Sequence record: OQ067374.1
Source of the DNA: Escherichia phage a20
Strand: one strand, 5' to 3'
DNA: 64,000 nt
Shown here piece after piece: positions 1 through 10,922 of this stretch. Made by a program: the position numbers and the translations under genes. Within the stretch, counting starts at the first letter, position 1; the number at the start of each line of letters is the position of its first letter. A model generated the notes under the pieces. That model had not been told where the DNA came from. It saw nothing but the letters and a program-made list of their open reading frames with translations, and searched no databases.

Positions 1-122
1 TAATTCCAGCGGCGGTTTTAAATTCATGGAGAACTTTAAAAATCATCCCAGGGATTCCAACACCTTTTAATTGGACTGTTTGTGCTATTAAAAATTTCAT
101 ATTTTTCCACTTACTAAAGAAA

Positions 123-157
123 TCATTATACTCTAATCCGTCCTTGGATGTACACTA
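123..157 (-). promoter_or_regulatory. early sigma70-type promoter, PeSL-like
   Basis: minus strand reads GTGTACA-N18-TATAAT; member of a recurrent promoter family. Confidence 0.5.
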
Positions 158-769
158 CTTAATGAAATTAATTTCTACCGGATGAACAACAGGTTGAGCA
201 GTGATATATTGAGTAATTGCTTTCATGACTAGAGCTTCAGAACCAGGATTTTTCTCAACGAATTCACGTGCTTGGTTATGAGCTTCAAGTTCACTTAGTA
301 AACCACTTCGTTGGCATCCACGGTCTTGAGTACCCTGTTCAGATAAAAAGACGACGATGTATTTTTCATCGTCGTAGGGCTTAGCCAGTTGAGCAAATGT
401 TCCTTTACTTCCAAAAGGAGAGTTATGTCGCCACATCACGCCGTGAGGAGTTTCAACCTTCGTATATTCGTGCGGTCCATTTTTCTTAGTTTCTTGATGT
501 GGAACTTCATAGACCTTAGGGTTAGGACATTCAATAAAATGCTCATCTAAATCGGTCGAGAATATTAAAGTAAAACAATTACTGAATTTACCAACACCGG
601 CCTGATAAATTTTACCTTCAGAAGTTCTAATTTCACAAACTGAGCCGGCATCAGTAACTTCTAAAACTTCAAAAGGCTCAATAAGGTCATATGAGAACAT
701 GTTTTTAAGGCGTGGAGTAATATCCCCATTTTTAAAATTCATTTTATAAAAAGTATTAACTTTAAACAT
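155..769 (-). CDS. hypothetical protein (T4 30.x region); start moved to ATG 769
   Basis: ORF track 155..799; ATG at 767-769 preceded by GAGGAAATT SD and an upstream hairpin. Confidence 0.5.
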   Translation of the reverse strand: MFKVNTFYKMNFKNGDITPRLKNMFSYDLIEPFEVLEVTDAGSVCEIRTSEGKIYQAGVGKFSNCFTLIFSTDLDEHFIECPNPKVYEVPHQETKKNGPHEYTKVETPHGVMWRHNSPFGSKGTFAQLAKPYDDEKYIVVFLSEQGTQDRGCQRSGLLSELEAHNQAREFVEKNPGSEALVMKAITQYITAQPVVHPVEINFIK

Positions 770-780
770 AATTTCCTCAG

Positions 781-797
781 TGGGAGCCGAAGCTCCC
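781..797 (-). other. RNA stem-loop with UUCG tetraloop just upstream of SD
   Basis: gggagccgaagctccc palindrome; on minus RNA GGGAGC-UUCG-GCUCCC. Confidence 0.5.
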
Positions 798-804
798 AAT
801 TAAT

Positions 805-1170
805 TTAGATATCAAATTCGTTAAGAACTACATCAAAGATTGCTTCGAGATGTTCAGGTTTAGCTCGGTTACTCAGGATATGACGAATCCAAGTTTTAAC
901 CAGAAGTTTACGATTAACACCATTCCAGCAAGGATGAGTACCTAAATCACGCTGACGGAAATCATCATCTAATGCAATTTTAAAATTTGAACCTTCCATC
1001 GTGATTGAAACCGTGATACCGTTTTCAAATCGCATATAAACGTAATTAGGAGTCATGCACTGTTCGATTTCACAAACTGTACCGTTTTCGTGTTTCCATA
1101 AGCAAATAACTTCAGAAGAACCAGCGATACCGTTAGAAACATATTTACGTTCGAAGTTGATGTAGTTCAT
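805..1170 (-). CDS. hypothetical protein (T4 30.x region)
   Basis: 121-aa ORF packed in operon, own upstream promoter. Confidence 0.5.
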   Translation of the reverse strand: MNYINFERKYVSNGIAGSSEVICLWKHENGTVCEIEQCMTPNYVYMRFENGITVSITMEGSNFKIALDDDFRQRDLGTHPCWNGVNRKLLVKTWIRHILSNRAKPEHLEAIFDVVLNEFDI

Positions 1171-1207
1171 TTTATTCTCCAGATGTTTAAGTTGTTTGTT
1201 GGTACAG

Positions 1208-1241
1208 GTCTATAATAACATAACCTGTACCAAAGTAAACT
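1208..1241 (-). promoter_or_regulatory. early promoter, PeSL-like
   Basis: minus strand GTTTAC-N17-TATTAT flanked by inverted repeat GGTACAGGT/ACCTGTACC. Confidence 0.55.
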
Positions 1242-1244
1242 GTT

Positions 1245-1613
1245 TTATGCAACTTTAATCCAATTGTCTAAATTTAAAACACCTTTGGCTTTCATTTTTT
1301 CTATCAGGTTATCTGCTGTAATGCGTCCATTTTGATACCATGTAACATCTTCAGAGTAACCAGTTTCTTCGTCAACATATGTTTCTGAACGAATTTTACC
1401 GGTAATAATAGTTTTTAATTCGTATGTGTCACCTGTGAAAAAGTTTGCTAACACAATTTTCCAAGAGAAATCATCAGAAGGACCTTCAGGGGTCATACAA
1501 CCTACGAACTCAAATTGCTCTTTGTATAACATCCACTGGAATTCTTTAATTTCGATAGCTTTATAACCATCGTGGTCTTTACATTTGATGTATGAGTTCA
1601 GATTGATTTTCAT
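1245..1613 (-). CDS. hypothetical protein (T4 30.x region)
   Basis: 122-aa ORF with ATG start downstream of promoter 1650..1686. Confidence 0.5.
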   Translation of the reverse strand: MKINLNSYIKCKDHDGYKAIEIKEFQWMLYKEQFEFVGCMTPEGPSDDFSWKIVLANFFTGDTYELKTIITGKIRSETYVDEETGYSEDVTWYQNGRITADNLIEKMKAKGVLNLDNWIKVA

Positions 1614-1649
1614 TTTGTTCTCCAGGTTGTTTTATTGATTAGATGGTAC

Positions 1650-1686
1650 AAGTCTATAGTAACACATCCTACAGGAGAGTAAACAT
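1650..1686 (-). promoter_or_regulatory. early promoter, PeSL-like
   Basis: minus strand GTTTAC ... TACTATAGAC. Confidence 0.5.
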
Positions 1687-1720
1687 CTTTTTAAACTTTT
1701 TCTGCCCTAAACGCACAAAA

Positions 1721-1738
1721 GGGAGACCGAAGTCTCCC
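1721..1738 (-). terminator. UUCG-tetraloop hairpin followed by U-run
   Basis: gggagaccgaagtctccc then UUUUG on minus RNA, 3' of small ORF stop at 1744. Confidence 0.5.
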
Positions 1739-1743
1739 TAAAA

Positions 1744-1923
1744 TTATGCAATAACCTTTCCAAAACGAGAAGCATCATCTCGAAGAACTGCACGTGCTCT
1801 GCGCATGATCTTCTCAACTGTTTGATTAATACGAGAGTTCGACCCACGCTTGTATCCAGCGCGTTTAGAGGTACCATCAACTTTCTTTTCAACTGCTTTC
1901 TTTGCTTTAGCTTGTTTTGCCAT
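1744..1923 (-). CDS. small basic protein, 59 aa (MAKQAKAKKAVEKK...), missed by ORF track
   Basis: ATG-initiated ORF below the 60-aa cutoff; competing track ORF 1707..1892 is a TTG-start frame. Confidence 0.4.
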   Translation of the reverse strand: MAKQAKAKKAVEKKVDGTSKRAGYKRGSNSRINQTVEKIMRRARAVLRDDASRFGKVIA

Positions 1924-2076
1924 TATAAATTCTCTTTAAATGAAAATGCAGGACTTATTGACATTGCCTGCGCAAGCCCTCAAGGGGAACATAGGTTTTG
2001 GATATTTAACGACAGGATAACCATAAACCCGTCATCATACCAACCACGACTTAGACAGATAACCTTTTTCTGACGC

Positions 2077-2110
2077 GTGATAGTACAAAATACATTCAAG
2101 AGGTACACCG
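2077..2110 (-). promoter_or_regulatory. putative early promoter
   Basis: minus strand GGTGTAC-N17-TACTAT in the 295-bp gap downstream of rIII. Confidence 0.35.
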
Positions 2111-2136
2111 TAAAACTGCCGGGGTCTTAAAACTAT

Positions 2137-2154
2137 AATGATTCGCAAATCATT
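2137..2154 (-). terminator. putative stem-loop/terminator downstream of rIII
   Basis: inverted repeat AATGATT-nnnn-AATCATT followed by AUAGUUUU on minus RNA. Confidence 0.3.
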
Positions 2155-2217
2155 AATCAGACAGTTCGACGGCTCCTCGATTTTCTAGCCGCACTAAGGT
2201 AGCGAATCACCTAAAAC

Positions 2218-2466
2218 TTATTTAAGGGTAATAACAAAATGACGTACTGCTTTACGAGCTGCAGAAGCCAAAGGCTTAGCATATTTCAGTTCATCTTTTG
2301 CTTCCAGTTCAGAGGCCAAAGCTGCCTGTACCGGGTTCAGATGTTTGAAATATCGCAGGATTTCAAGAGCTTCGGCTTCAACATCAATAGATGCGCCATA
2401 GTTTTCGTGGCCGTTATTCCATGCGTTTCGTTGCAGTTCAAGAGCGTGTTGTAATTGTTTAATCAT
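2218..2466 (-). CDS. rIII: rIII lysis-inhibition accessory protein
   Basis: 82 aa; sequence and position match T4 rIII from memory. Confidence 0.85.
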   Translation of the reverse strand: MIKQLQHALELQRNAWNNGHENYGASIDVEAEALEILRYFKHLNPVQAALASELEAKDELKYAKPLASAARKAVRHFVITLK

Positions 2467-2582
2467 TTTAAATTCTCAATTCGAGATAATATTTAGTAGC
2501 CACGTTCGTCTGAATTTCACTTCCTTTCGACAAGTCTCTCAGTTGTAGGCTACCGCTTAGAAGAGTGTTCTCTTCATATAGT

Positions 2583-2590
2583 TATTTATA
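2583..2590 (-). promoter_or_regulatory. late promoter TATAAATA
   Basis: exact TATAAATA on minus strand between gene 31 stop and rIII. Confidence 0.5.
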
Positions 2591-2923
2591 TCACTTATAA
2601 AGACACGGAATAGCTTTATAGTGGCATGTTACGAATTTCTGTTTAATTTCTTTAGGTTGTTTAAGTCCCAAAGCCACAAATGGATGTGGAACATTTCGAA
2701 TTTGTCCAACTGGTAGTGGAGTCAAATCACCGACTTCAACAAAACCTTTAGGAACATCAGGACCTACAGAATGAACTACACATAGTTCAGGAACTTCACC
2801 TTGAACACGTTTACCAATCACAAGTCCTGATTCGGTAACTTCTTCATCACCTGCTTGAGCGGGTTCAGAAACCAGAATGACATATTCACCAACGGCACGA
2901 ATTGGGAGTTGTACTTCAGACAT
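2591..2923 (-). CDS. 31: gp31 co-chaperonin (GroES-like)
   Basis: 110 aa, [21 protein letters not shown]... near-identical to T4 gp31. Confidence 0.92.
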   Translation of the reverse strand: MSEVQLPIRAVGEYVILVSEPAQAGDEEVTESGLVIGKRVQGEVPELCVVHSVGPDVPKGFVEVGDLTPLPVGQIRNVPHPFVALGLKQPKEIKQKFVTCHYKAIPCLYK

Positions 2924-2980
2924 CTTATTTCCTTGTTGTTTAACGATAGATTAATAATACCATACTATTCGTAAAGCATA

Positions 2981-3277
2981 TTACATAAGAAGCAAACGTT
3001 CTACCGGAGTACCATCAACCGAAATTACTTTATCAAGGCGGAAAGAACGCCACTGACCTAACTCGGTATCGAATGCTCGAACTGATTCACGAGGTTCAGA
3101 ACGAACTTCTGTTGATGGGTTACTATTTTCATATTTGACTTCAAGTTCATCGCGGGAGGCAAACATCGTACGAACATCACCGTTAGCCTTTTCAAACACA
3201 ACACAATGAACGCCTACAGACAGAATAGTTTTAATACGTTCACGAAGAACCATAGTTTCTTGTTCAGTTAAAATCAT
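2981..3277 (-). CDS. hypothetical protein (31.1/31.2 position); ATG start at 3277
   Basis: track ORF begins at GTG; ATG 3 nt after cd stop (TAATATG). Confidence 0.5.
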   Translation of the reverse strand: MILTEQETMVLRERIKTILSVGVHCVVFEKANGDVRTMFASRDELEVKYENSNPSTEVRSEPRESVRAFDTELGQWRSFRLDKVISVDGTPVERLLLM

Positions 3278-3278
3278 A

Positions 3279-3860
3279 TTATTCACCACAAAAGTTTCGA
3301 ATTTGTTCCCAATTCAGAGAACGAAGATTATTACGAGAGTACTGAATTACTTCAATACCGGCTTGTTTTAGAATGTCTGCCCAATTTTCAGGAGATCGGT
3401 CATATAATTCTGCATATACAACCTTTTTAATACCTGACTGTGTAATAGCTTTAGTGCAATCAGGGCACGGAGAAAGCGTAGTATATAACGTAGCACCTTC
3501 AATAGAATTACCTTTACGAGCTGCAAACAAAATTGCATTCAATTCCGCATGGATTTCGTTATTAGCAGACCATGCACTATGAGCGGCCCGATGTTCTTTA
3601 GCCAAAACAAAATTATCCACCCGTCCAAATGCTGTAGTGCCTTCTTTATGCCCAGCAACGATGACCGGGCTTGGTTTATTCTTCAACCAACCGTTTTCGG
3701 ATGCATGTTCGCAACAGTTTGTACCACCTGAAGGAGAGCCATTATAACCTGTAGAAATAATGCGCCCATCTTTTTCAATGACGGCACCAACTTTCCATGA
3801 ACAACATTTTGATTCTTGAGAAATCAGATATGCAATCTGAAGGTATGTGCTAGCTTTCAT
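3279..3860 (-). CDS. cd: dCMP deaminase
   Basis: 193 aa; zinc-deaminase motifs (CAE, PCxxC) and match to T4 Cd. Confidence 0.9.
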   Translation of the reverse strand: MKASTYLQIAYLISQESKCCSWKVGAVIEKDGRIISTGYNGSPSGGTNCCEHASENGWLKNKPSPVIVAGHKEGTTAFGRVDNFVLAKEHRAAHSAWSANNEIHAELNAILFAARKGNSIEGATLYTTLSPCPDCTKAITQSGIKKVVYAELYDRSPENWADILKQAGIEVIQYSRNNLRSLNWEQIRNFCGE

Positions 3861-4852
3861 TATTGAACCTTATTAATATGAGTTAACAGCTCTTTAGTTT
3901 GTTCCCAACTGATGCACGCATCGGTAACGGAAACGCCATAGGACATATTATCAGAAATTTTTTGATTTCCTTCATGTAGGAATGATTCTATCATAATTCC
4001 TTTGACCAAATCATTAGCTGCTAAATTTTTACCAATACCAATTTGATTGCTATAATGCCCAGCAGCGTTTGCATGGCTACAGTCAACCATTACATAATGA
4101 TTCAGACCTACTGCACTTGCTTTGTTAGAAGCTTCTTGAATATCAGAAGAATGATAGTTCGGGCCGTTGGTCCCGCCACGCAATACGATATGCGTATTCT
4201 GATTACCTTCAGCTTCAACAATGCCTACAGTACCATCGACGTCCATACCCATATACCGATGAGGCCAGGCGGCACTATACATCGCGTCTGTAGCTACTTT
4301 AATAGAACCATTGGTTGCGTTCTTGAAGCCTACGCACATCGGTAGACCTGAAGCAATTTCACGATGTGTCTGACTTTCAGTCGTACGGGCGCCAATAGCA
4401 ACCCATGAGAAAATACCAGAAAGATACTTAATCGTGAATGGGTCTAATACTTCAGTTGCTAATGGAAGTCCCATACGTAGAAGTTTACGACACAATGTTC
4501 GTGCAACTATAAGACCGTGGTTCATATCAAAACTTCCGTCAAGATATGGATCATTTACAAGACCTTTCCAACCTACGGTAGTTCGAGGCTTTTCAAAATA
4601 AACGCGCATCACTAACAGAACATTAGGAAGACGAGTTTGAAGTTCAGCCAAACGTTTGCCGTATTCAACAGCAGCAATAGGGTCATGAATTGAACAAGGA
4701 CCTACAACAATAAGTTTGCGTGGGTCTTCACCGTTCATAATCGAATTAACTTGTTCGCGATGAGAAGCCACTTGTGATGCGTAAGCTTCCGACAAAGGAA
4801 TAATCTCAGCCAGTTCTTTTGGAGAAATAAGTTTTCCGACGACAGGTAACAT
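3860..4852 (-). CDS. class-I DAHP synthase (AroG/AroF/AroH-like)
   Basis: 330 aa; KLIVVGPCSIHDP, KPRTTVGWKGL, GARTTESQ motifs; SD AAGGA; stop overlaps cd start (TAATG). Confidence 0.85.
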   Translation of the reverse strand: MLPVVGKLISPKELAEIIPLSEAYASQVASHREQVNSIMNGEDPRKLIVVGPCSIHDPIAAVEYGKRLAELQTRLPNVLLVMRVYFEKPRTTVGWKGLVNDPYLDGSFDMNHGLIVARTLCRKLLRMGLPLATEVLDPFTIKYLSGIFSWVAIGARTTESQTHREIASGLPMCVGFKNATNGSIKVATDAMYSAAWPHRYMGMDVDGTVGIVEAEGNQNTHIVLRGGTNGPNYHSSDIQEASNKASAVGLNHYVMVDCSHANAAGHYSNQIGIGKNLAANDLVKGIMIESFLHEGNQKISDNMSYGVSVTDACISWEQTKELLTHINKVQ

Positions 4853-4972
4853 AACAATCCTTAGGAGATATAAACAGATTCTGATTCAACAATACCTTTA
4901 ACCGGATTAGACAGGCTAAGTTGGTAGTGCTCAGATTTATGACCATTCTCGATAGTAATTAGATAGCTCTCA

Positions 4973-5209
4973 TTATAGTGTTCCATATACTCGAGTTGCT
5001 TCAACTAAACCGTCACTGCCTAATTTAAGGCTAGTAATCTGGTCACCATCTTTAGGATTAACGATTATGAGAAAAGAACGTGGAGATTCTTGAATAACTC
5101 GTAATGTTGCATCCTGGAAACGTTCAGACACTTTATTGATGAGTGCTTGAGCAAATTCTTTTACTTTAATCTGAAATTCGTGTACTGTAATTGGGTTTTC
5201 ACTTAGCAT
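4973..5209 (-). CDS. hypothetical protein (cd.x region)
   Basis: 78-aa ORF with own promoter. Confidence 0.5.
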   Translation of the reverse strand: MLSENPITVHEFQIKVKEFAQALINKVSERFQDATLRVIQESPRSFLIIVNPKDGDQITSLKLGSDGLVEATRVYGTL

Positions 5210-5235
5210 TTCGATTTCCTCATTGTGTTGGTAGA

Positions 5236-5270
5236 GTCATAGTATCACAACTCTACCATGTTGTAAACCA
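5236..5270 (-). promoter_or_regulatory. early promoter, PeSL-like
   Basis: GTTTAC ... GATACTATG with inverted repeat GGTAGAGT/ACTCTACC. Confidence 0.5.
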
Positions 5271-5546
5271 TTAAATTGCTTTGCATTCAATTTTTTGTGT
5301 ACCGAAATTGATATCACATTGGATAACTAAATCGCCGTCAAGATCAAATACCACGATGACGTGTGCAGACCCAGGGAGAAGAGTAATAGCAATAGAATCT
5401 ACTTGGTCTGGGAGCAAAGCATTGAGTACATGAGTTACTTGAGCATGAACTCTGAGTTCGGCTGCATTATCAAGCACTTCAAACATATTATTAGCAATAA
5501 TCTGACTGAAGACTACCTTTACAATTTCAGAATAAGTTGGGAACAT
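5271..5546 (-). CDS. hypothetical protein; start moved to ATG 5546
   Basis: ATG start avoids overlap with upstream ORF. Confidence 0.45.
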   Translation of the reverse strand: MFPTYSEIVKVVFSQIIANNMFEVLDNAAELRVHAQVTHVLNALLPDQVDSIAITLLPGSAHVIVVFDLDGDLVIQCDINFGTQKIECKAI

Positions 5547-5553
5547 AATTACC

Positions 5554-5778
5554 TCAGTGTACAGTGTGCACTTTAACTCGAACAACAAATCGCTCGGTTG
5601 GTTCACCTACAGGAACAAACTCTACATGATATTCACCTTTGTAACGAGTATTCAGATCATTACGAATTCCTGCGAGTTTGTTGATTAATGTAGGACTCAT
5701 ATTAAGTCCCACTAGTTTACGAAGCATTTTGTATGCTTCATCTTCGATTTCATGATGTTTATCATACATAGTTTTCAT
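5554..5778 (-). CDS. hypothetical protein (cd.x region)
   Basis: 74-aa ORF, ATG start. Confidence 0.5.
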   Translation of the reverse strand: MKTMYDKHHEIEDEAYKMLRKLVGLNMSPTLINKLAGIRNDLNTRYKGEYHVEFVPVGEPTERFVVRVKVHTVH

Positions 5779-5949
5779 TTAACCATTCAATTGCTTGGTC
5801 AACACTATCGAAAATAGCACCATCCAAACGTTCTTCATGCTCATAGTCCAGCACATCAATACCGAACTGTCCATTTACTAAAGGCCAGGCTACAAACAAA
5901 TATTCTTTATGCTGTTCGATGGCCTCAATCACTTCATATAATCGTTTCA

Positions 5950-5950
<1 letters not shown>
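5762..5950 (-). CDS. hypothetical protein (cd.x region)
   Basis: 62-aa ORF, ATG overlapping pseT stop. Confidence 0.5.
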
Positions 5951-7036
<1,086 letters not shown>

Positions 7037-7037
<1 letters not shown>

Positions 7038-7336
7038 TATTTTATTCCTAAGAAAGTTTCAAGAATACGAATGTTATGCTCGCGCCGGTCTTTATTAATT
7101 TCAGCAACGTTTTTATTAATTGACGTACTTCTAACGTTTGAAGAAATAAATTTAATCATATGACTTTTGAGTTGTTGCAAATCCAACCCTTTTTCTTTAG
7201 CAGCTTTACGAAGAGCTTTACCTGCTTCATCTAGTGCCTTTGCTGCATCTTTGTCATAATTGACAAGTGACATTCCACGGCAGATATCAATATACTCATC
7301 CGACCGTTTGATGTAATTCTCTAGTAATGTTTTCAT
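7037..7336 (-). CDS. hypothetical protein (pseT.x)
   Basis: 99-aa ORF downstream of promoter 7362..7395. Confidence 0.5.
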
Positions 7337-7361
7337 TTAGATTTCCTCAATTATCCATGGG

Positions 7362-7395
7362 AGCATTATACTCTGCTCCCGAGAGTTTGTAAACT
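7362..7395 (-). promoter_or_regulatory. early promoter, PeSL-like
   Basis: GTTTAC ... AGTATAATG with inverted repeat GGGAGC/GCTCCC; near-copy at 38006..38039. Confidence 0.55.
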
Positions 7396-7618
7396 ATTTT
7401 ACTAAAGATTCGATATACTCATGAAGAGCTTTAGTCGCTACTGCCCACTTGTTCTGATATTCATTTTTCAGATTAGCACGAGACTGAACTAACAAGCGGT
7501 CGTTAGTCGGGGGCAAAGATTCTAATCGTTGAATCTGACGGCCGTAAATCATAGCCGCCATTTCAGAGTCATAGATAAGTCCTTTAAGGTATTCATGCTG
7601 TTCTTTAGTCATTGGCAT
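7394..7618 (-). CDS. hypothetical protein
   Basis: 74-aa ORF. Confidence 0.5.
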   Translation of the reverse strand: MPMTKEQHEYLKGLIYDSEMAAMIYGRQIQRLESLPPTNDRLLVQSRANLKNEYQNKWAVATKALHEYIESLVK

Positions 7619-7899
7619 TTTTCCTCTTTTAAACCACTACGATAATAACATAACATAGTCTTCTGGTCATGTACATATCTTTTTACGTCGTTTAACCAGA
7701 TACGAAATTCTTGAGAGTCTTCAAATGGCATTCCAACCCACGGATTACCATCAATAACCTTTACTTGCCATTTCTGGTTATATTCAACAATAGATTCAGG
7801 CCACGGCGGATGTAAAGTTTCTTTAGGGCTTAAGGGCACATCCTGAGTACATCCAACTAGGAGACCAATAGATAATACAGCCACAGTTAATTTAATCAT
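7609..7899 (-). CDS. predicted lipoprotein
   Basis: signal peptide with LVGC lipobox. Confidence 0.55.
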   Translation of the reverse strand: MIKLTVAVLSIGLLVGCTQDVPLSPKETLHPPWPESIVEYNQKWQVKVIDGNPWVGMPFEDSQEFRIWLNDVKRYVHDQKTMLCYYRSGLKEEKCQ

Positions 7900-8252
7900 T
7901 CTGAGAGCTTCCTGAGGTCTTCTGCAAAGGAATCGAAGGACCTGTTGATTTGTTTTTCGACCAATCCTGGCTTACTTGCCACCACGTTCTTCTTCTTCGA
8001 ATCCTTACGGAGCTTTTCATTTTCGGCCTTAAGTTGGTCAACTAAAACACGGTTCTTATAAGTCATTTCTTCGATTGACTGATATTGAACCTTGAAGTCG
8101 TCTAATACTTTAGCATTGTTTTTAGCGGTCTCTTTGACAGAAGCTAATTCAGTATTCAACGAATCAACTTTGTTGTTTAAGACAACTATTGTTACCGTAG
8201 AAACTAGAGCAAAAGCTGCTACTATAACATAAATCGGATTTACTTTAAGCAT
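7896..8252 (-). CDS. predicted membrane-anchored coiled-coil protein
   Basis: N-terminal hydrophobic helix then charged heptad-like region. Confidence 0.5.
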   Translation of the reverse strand: MLKVNPIYVIVAAFALVSTVTIVVLNNKVDSLNTELASVKETAKNNAKVLDDFKVQYQSIEEMTYKNRVLVDQLKAENEKLRKDSKKKNVVASKPGLVEKQINRSFDSFAEDLRKLSE

Positions 8253-8740
8253 GTTTTAATAATCTCAATGATTTCATCTCGGGATAATCCATTGATAAGA
8301 ACGGTTTTCAAACCATCACACTGGATTTTGTACGATTCAAACAATACACACAACTCTTCTGCTGTATGATATGGGCTTGAGATTCCGAGACGGTTGAATT
8401 TGTCGGTAAGAGGGTCGCAAATAATATAGAATTTGATACCTGCGATATGTACGTTTGGTTGACTAATATTAATGAACACATTAGCGTCATATTTAGTCAA
8501 ATTGTTTTGAAGAAATTCTACCATAGCATTAACTGCTTCTGGCATCGCTTCGCGTTTCTCTTCAGCGTATCGGGTTGAATACTCTTTTTGTTTTACTTTC
8601 TTTTTAAGATTTTTGGCCAGTGTAACACGTAGGTCAGTAAGATAACCAACTGGACGTCCTTTCTTAAAGACCCGGATTCCGTCAGTTGTGTCTCCAAAAG
8701 CGTTTACGACCATATCGTTAGTAATCAATTGCATATTCAT
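8240..8740 (-). CDS. alc: Alc-like transcription terminator protein; start moved to ATG 8740
   Basis: 166 aa versus T4 Alc 167 aa; position between pseT and rnlA; strong SD GAGGAGAAAATT. Confidence 0.6.
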   Translation of the reverse strand: MNMQLITNDMVVNAFGDTTDGIRVFKKGRPVGYLTDLRVTLAKNLKKKVKQKEYSTRYAEEKREAMPEAVNAMVEFLQNNLTKYDANVFINISQPNVHIAGIKFYIICDPLTDKFNRLGISSPYHTAEELCVLFESYKIQCDGLKTVLINGLSRDEIIEIIKTCLK

Positions 8741-8766
8741 AATTTTCTCCTCGTGTTGTTGATAAA

Positions 8767-8800
8767 CCCATAGTATCACCATCCTTGGTGTTTGTAAACC
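8767..8800 (-). promoter_or_regulatory. early promoter, PeSL-like
   Basis: GTTTAC-N17-GATACTATG. Confidence 0.5.
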
Positions 8801-8801
8801 G

Positions 8802-9935
<1,134 letters not shown>

Positions 9936-9951
9936 TCAGTTAGTTTTTTTT

Positions 9952-9984
9952 AAATTGTACCACAATCCTTGTGGTATGTAAACT
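9952..9984 (-). promoter_or_regulatory. early promoter
   Basis: GTTTAC-N18-TACAAT with inverted repeat CCACAA/TTGTGG. Confidence 0.5.
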
Positions 9985-10393
9985 ACTTTTTCTTATGTTG
10001 GATATTCCAAGGCGGGTTGAACTTTTTGATAAAAAGTGGTTCTTCAAGGTCCATTGTTGCGATGGTCATTGAACCAAGTTCGTTGGTGACTGAAAGGTCA
10101 AAACATTGGCGGGCCCAGAATTCAACCTTTTTGCCTTGCATTAAGGCATCCAAAATCATAAGTGATTTTCTTGAATCTGAAGTCTGGTCTTTTCGATTTA
10201 TGGCTGTTCGATAATAGTTAATGCGTTTCTTTAAATTCTTGGTTTTACCAATATACACAAGTTCGTCATCTATAGCAATAGCGTATATGACATTTTTCTT
10301 ATTAGGGACATCAACTGTTTTAATTGTTGCATCTTCTAATAGCTCCAATTCTGTATATTTAATAAAGGAATATTCGGCGGCAATATCTTTCAT
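9983..10393 (-). CDS. denA: endonuclease II (GIY-YIG type)
   Basis: 136 aa; position between rnlA and nrdB as in T4. Confidence 0.8.
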   Translation of the reverse strand: MKDIAAEYSFIKYTELELLEDATIKTVDVPNKKNVIYAIAIDDELVYIGKTKNLKKRINYYRTAINRKDQTSDSRKSLMILDALMQGKKVEFWARQCFDLSVTNELGSMTIATMDLEEPLFIKKFNPPWNIQHKKK

Positions 10394-10401
10394 AATAAAG
10401 T

Positions 10402-10415
10402 GGGACCGAAGTCCC
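10402..10415 (-). other. UUCG-tetraloop hairpin 8 nt upstream of denA start
   Basis: gggaccgaagtccc between nrdB stop and denA ATG. Confidence 0.45.
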
Positions 10416-10419
10416 GTCC

Positions 10420-10922
10420 TTAGAAATATTTTTTGTATGAATTGATTACATTTTGGTCTACATCATTATCAATTTGTGCGACAAGATAAGAACTGATTTC
10501 AACTTCCTGAGGAGCGGCTTGAACTAAATCAGAGTTCAGATATTCACGAATCCAAGGATACGGATGCTTGGTCGGAGCATCAGTGATTGGGCATGGCAAA
10601 CCACACTGTTTCATACGAGACACAGTCAAGTAATCAACAAAAGCACACATACTCTGCGTATTGATACCTGGACATGTACCGTCTTTAAAGAGGTGTGCAG
10701 CCCATTCCTTCTCTTGACTATTTACTTCCATAAAAATGTCAACTGCTTCTTGTTCACATTCTTTAGCAATTTGAACCCACTCATCACCATCAGTACCAGA
10801 TTGAAGTTGACGGATAATGTACTGAGTACCCTTGAGGTGGAGTTGTTCGTCACGAGCAATGAACTTCATAATCTTTGCATTACCTTCCATAATTTCCATA
10901 TTTTTATGGAAGTTAAAGGTAC
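10420..10922 (-). CDS. nrdB: ribonucleotide reductase beta subunit, exon 2
   Basis: C-terminal NrdB sequence; junction reconstructs FYVSFA-C-TFNF matching E. coli FYVSFACSFAF; spliced CDS 392 aa. Confidence 0.75.

Noticed and set aside
1707-1892. 61-aa minus-strand ORF from the track
   Set aside because: Starts at TTG with no SD; an ATG-initiated 59-aa ORF in another frame (1744..1923) is preferred.
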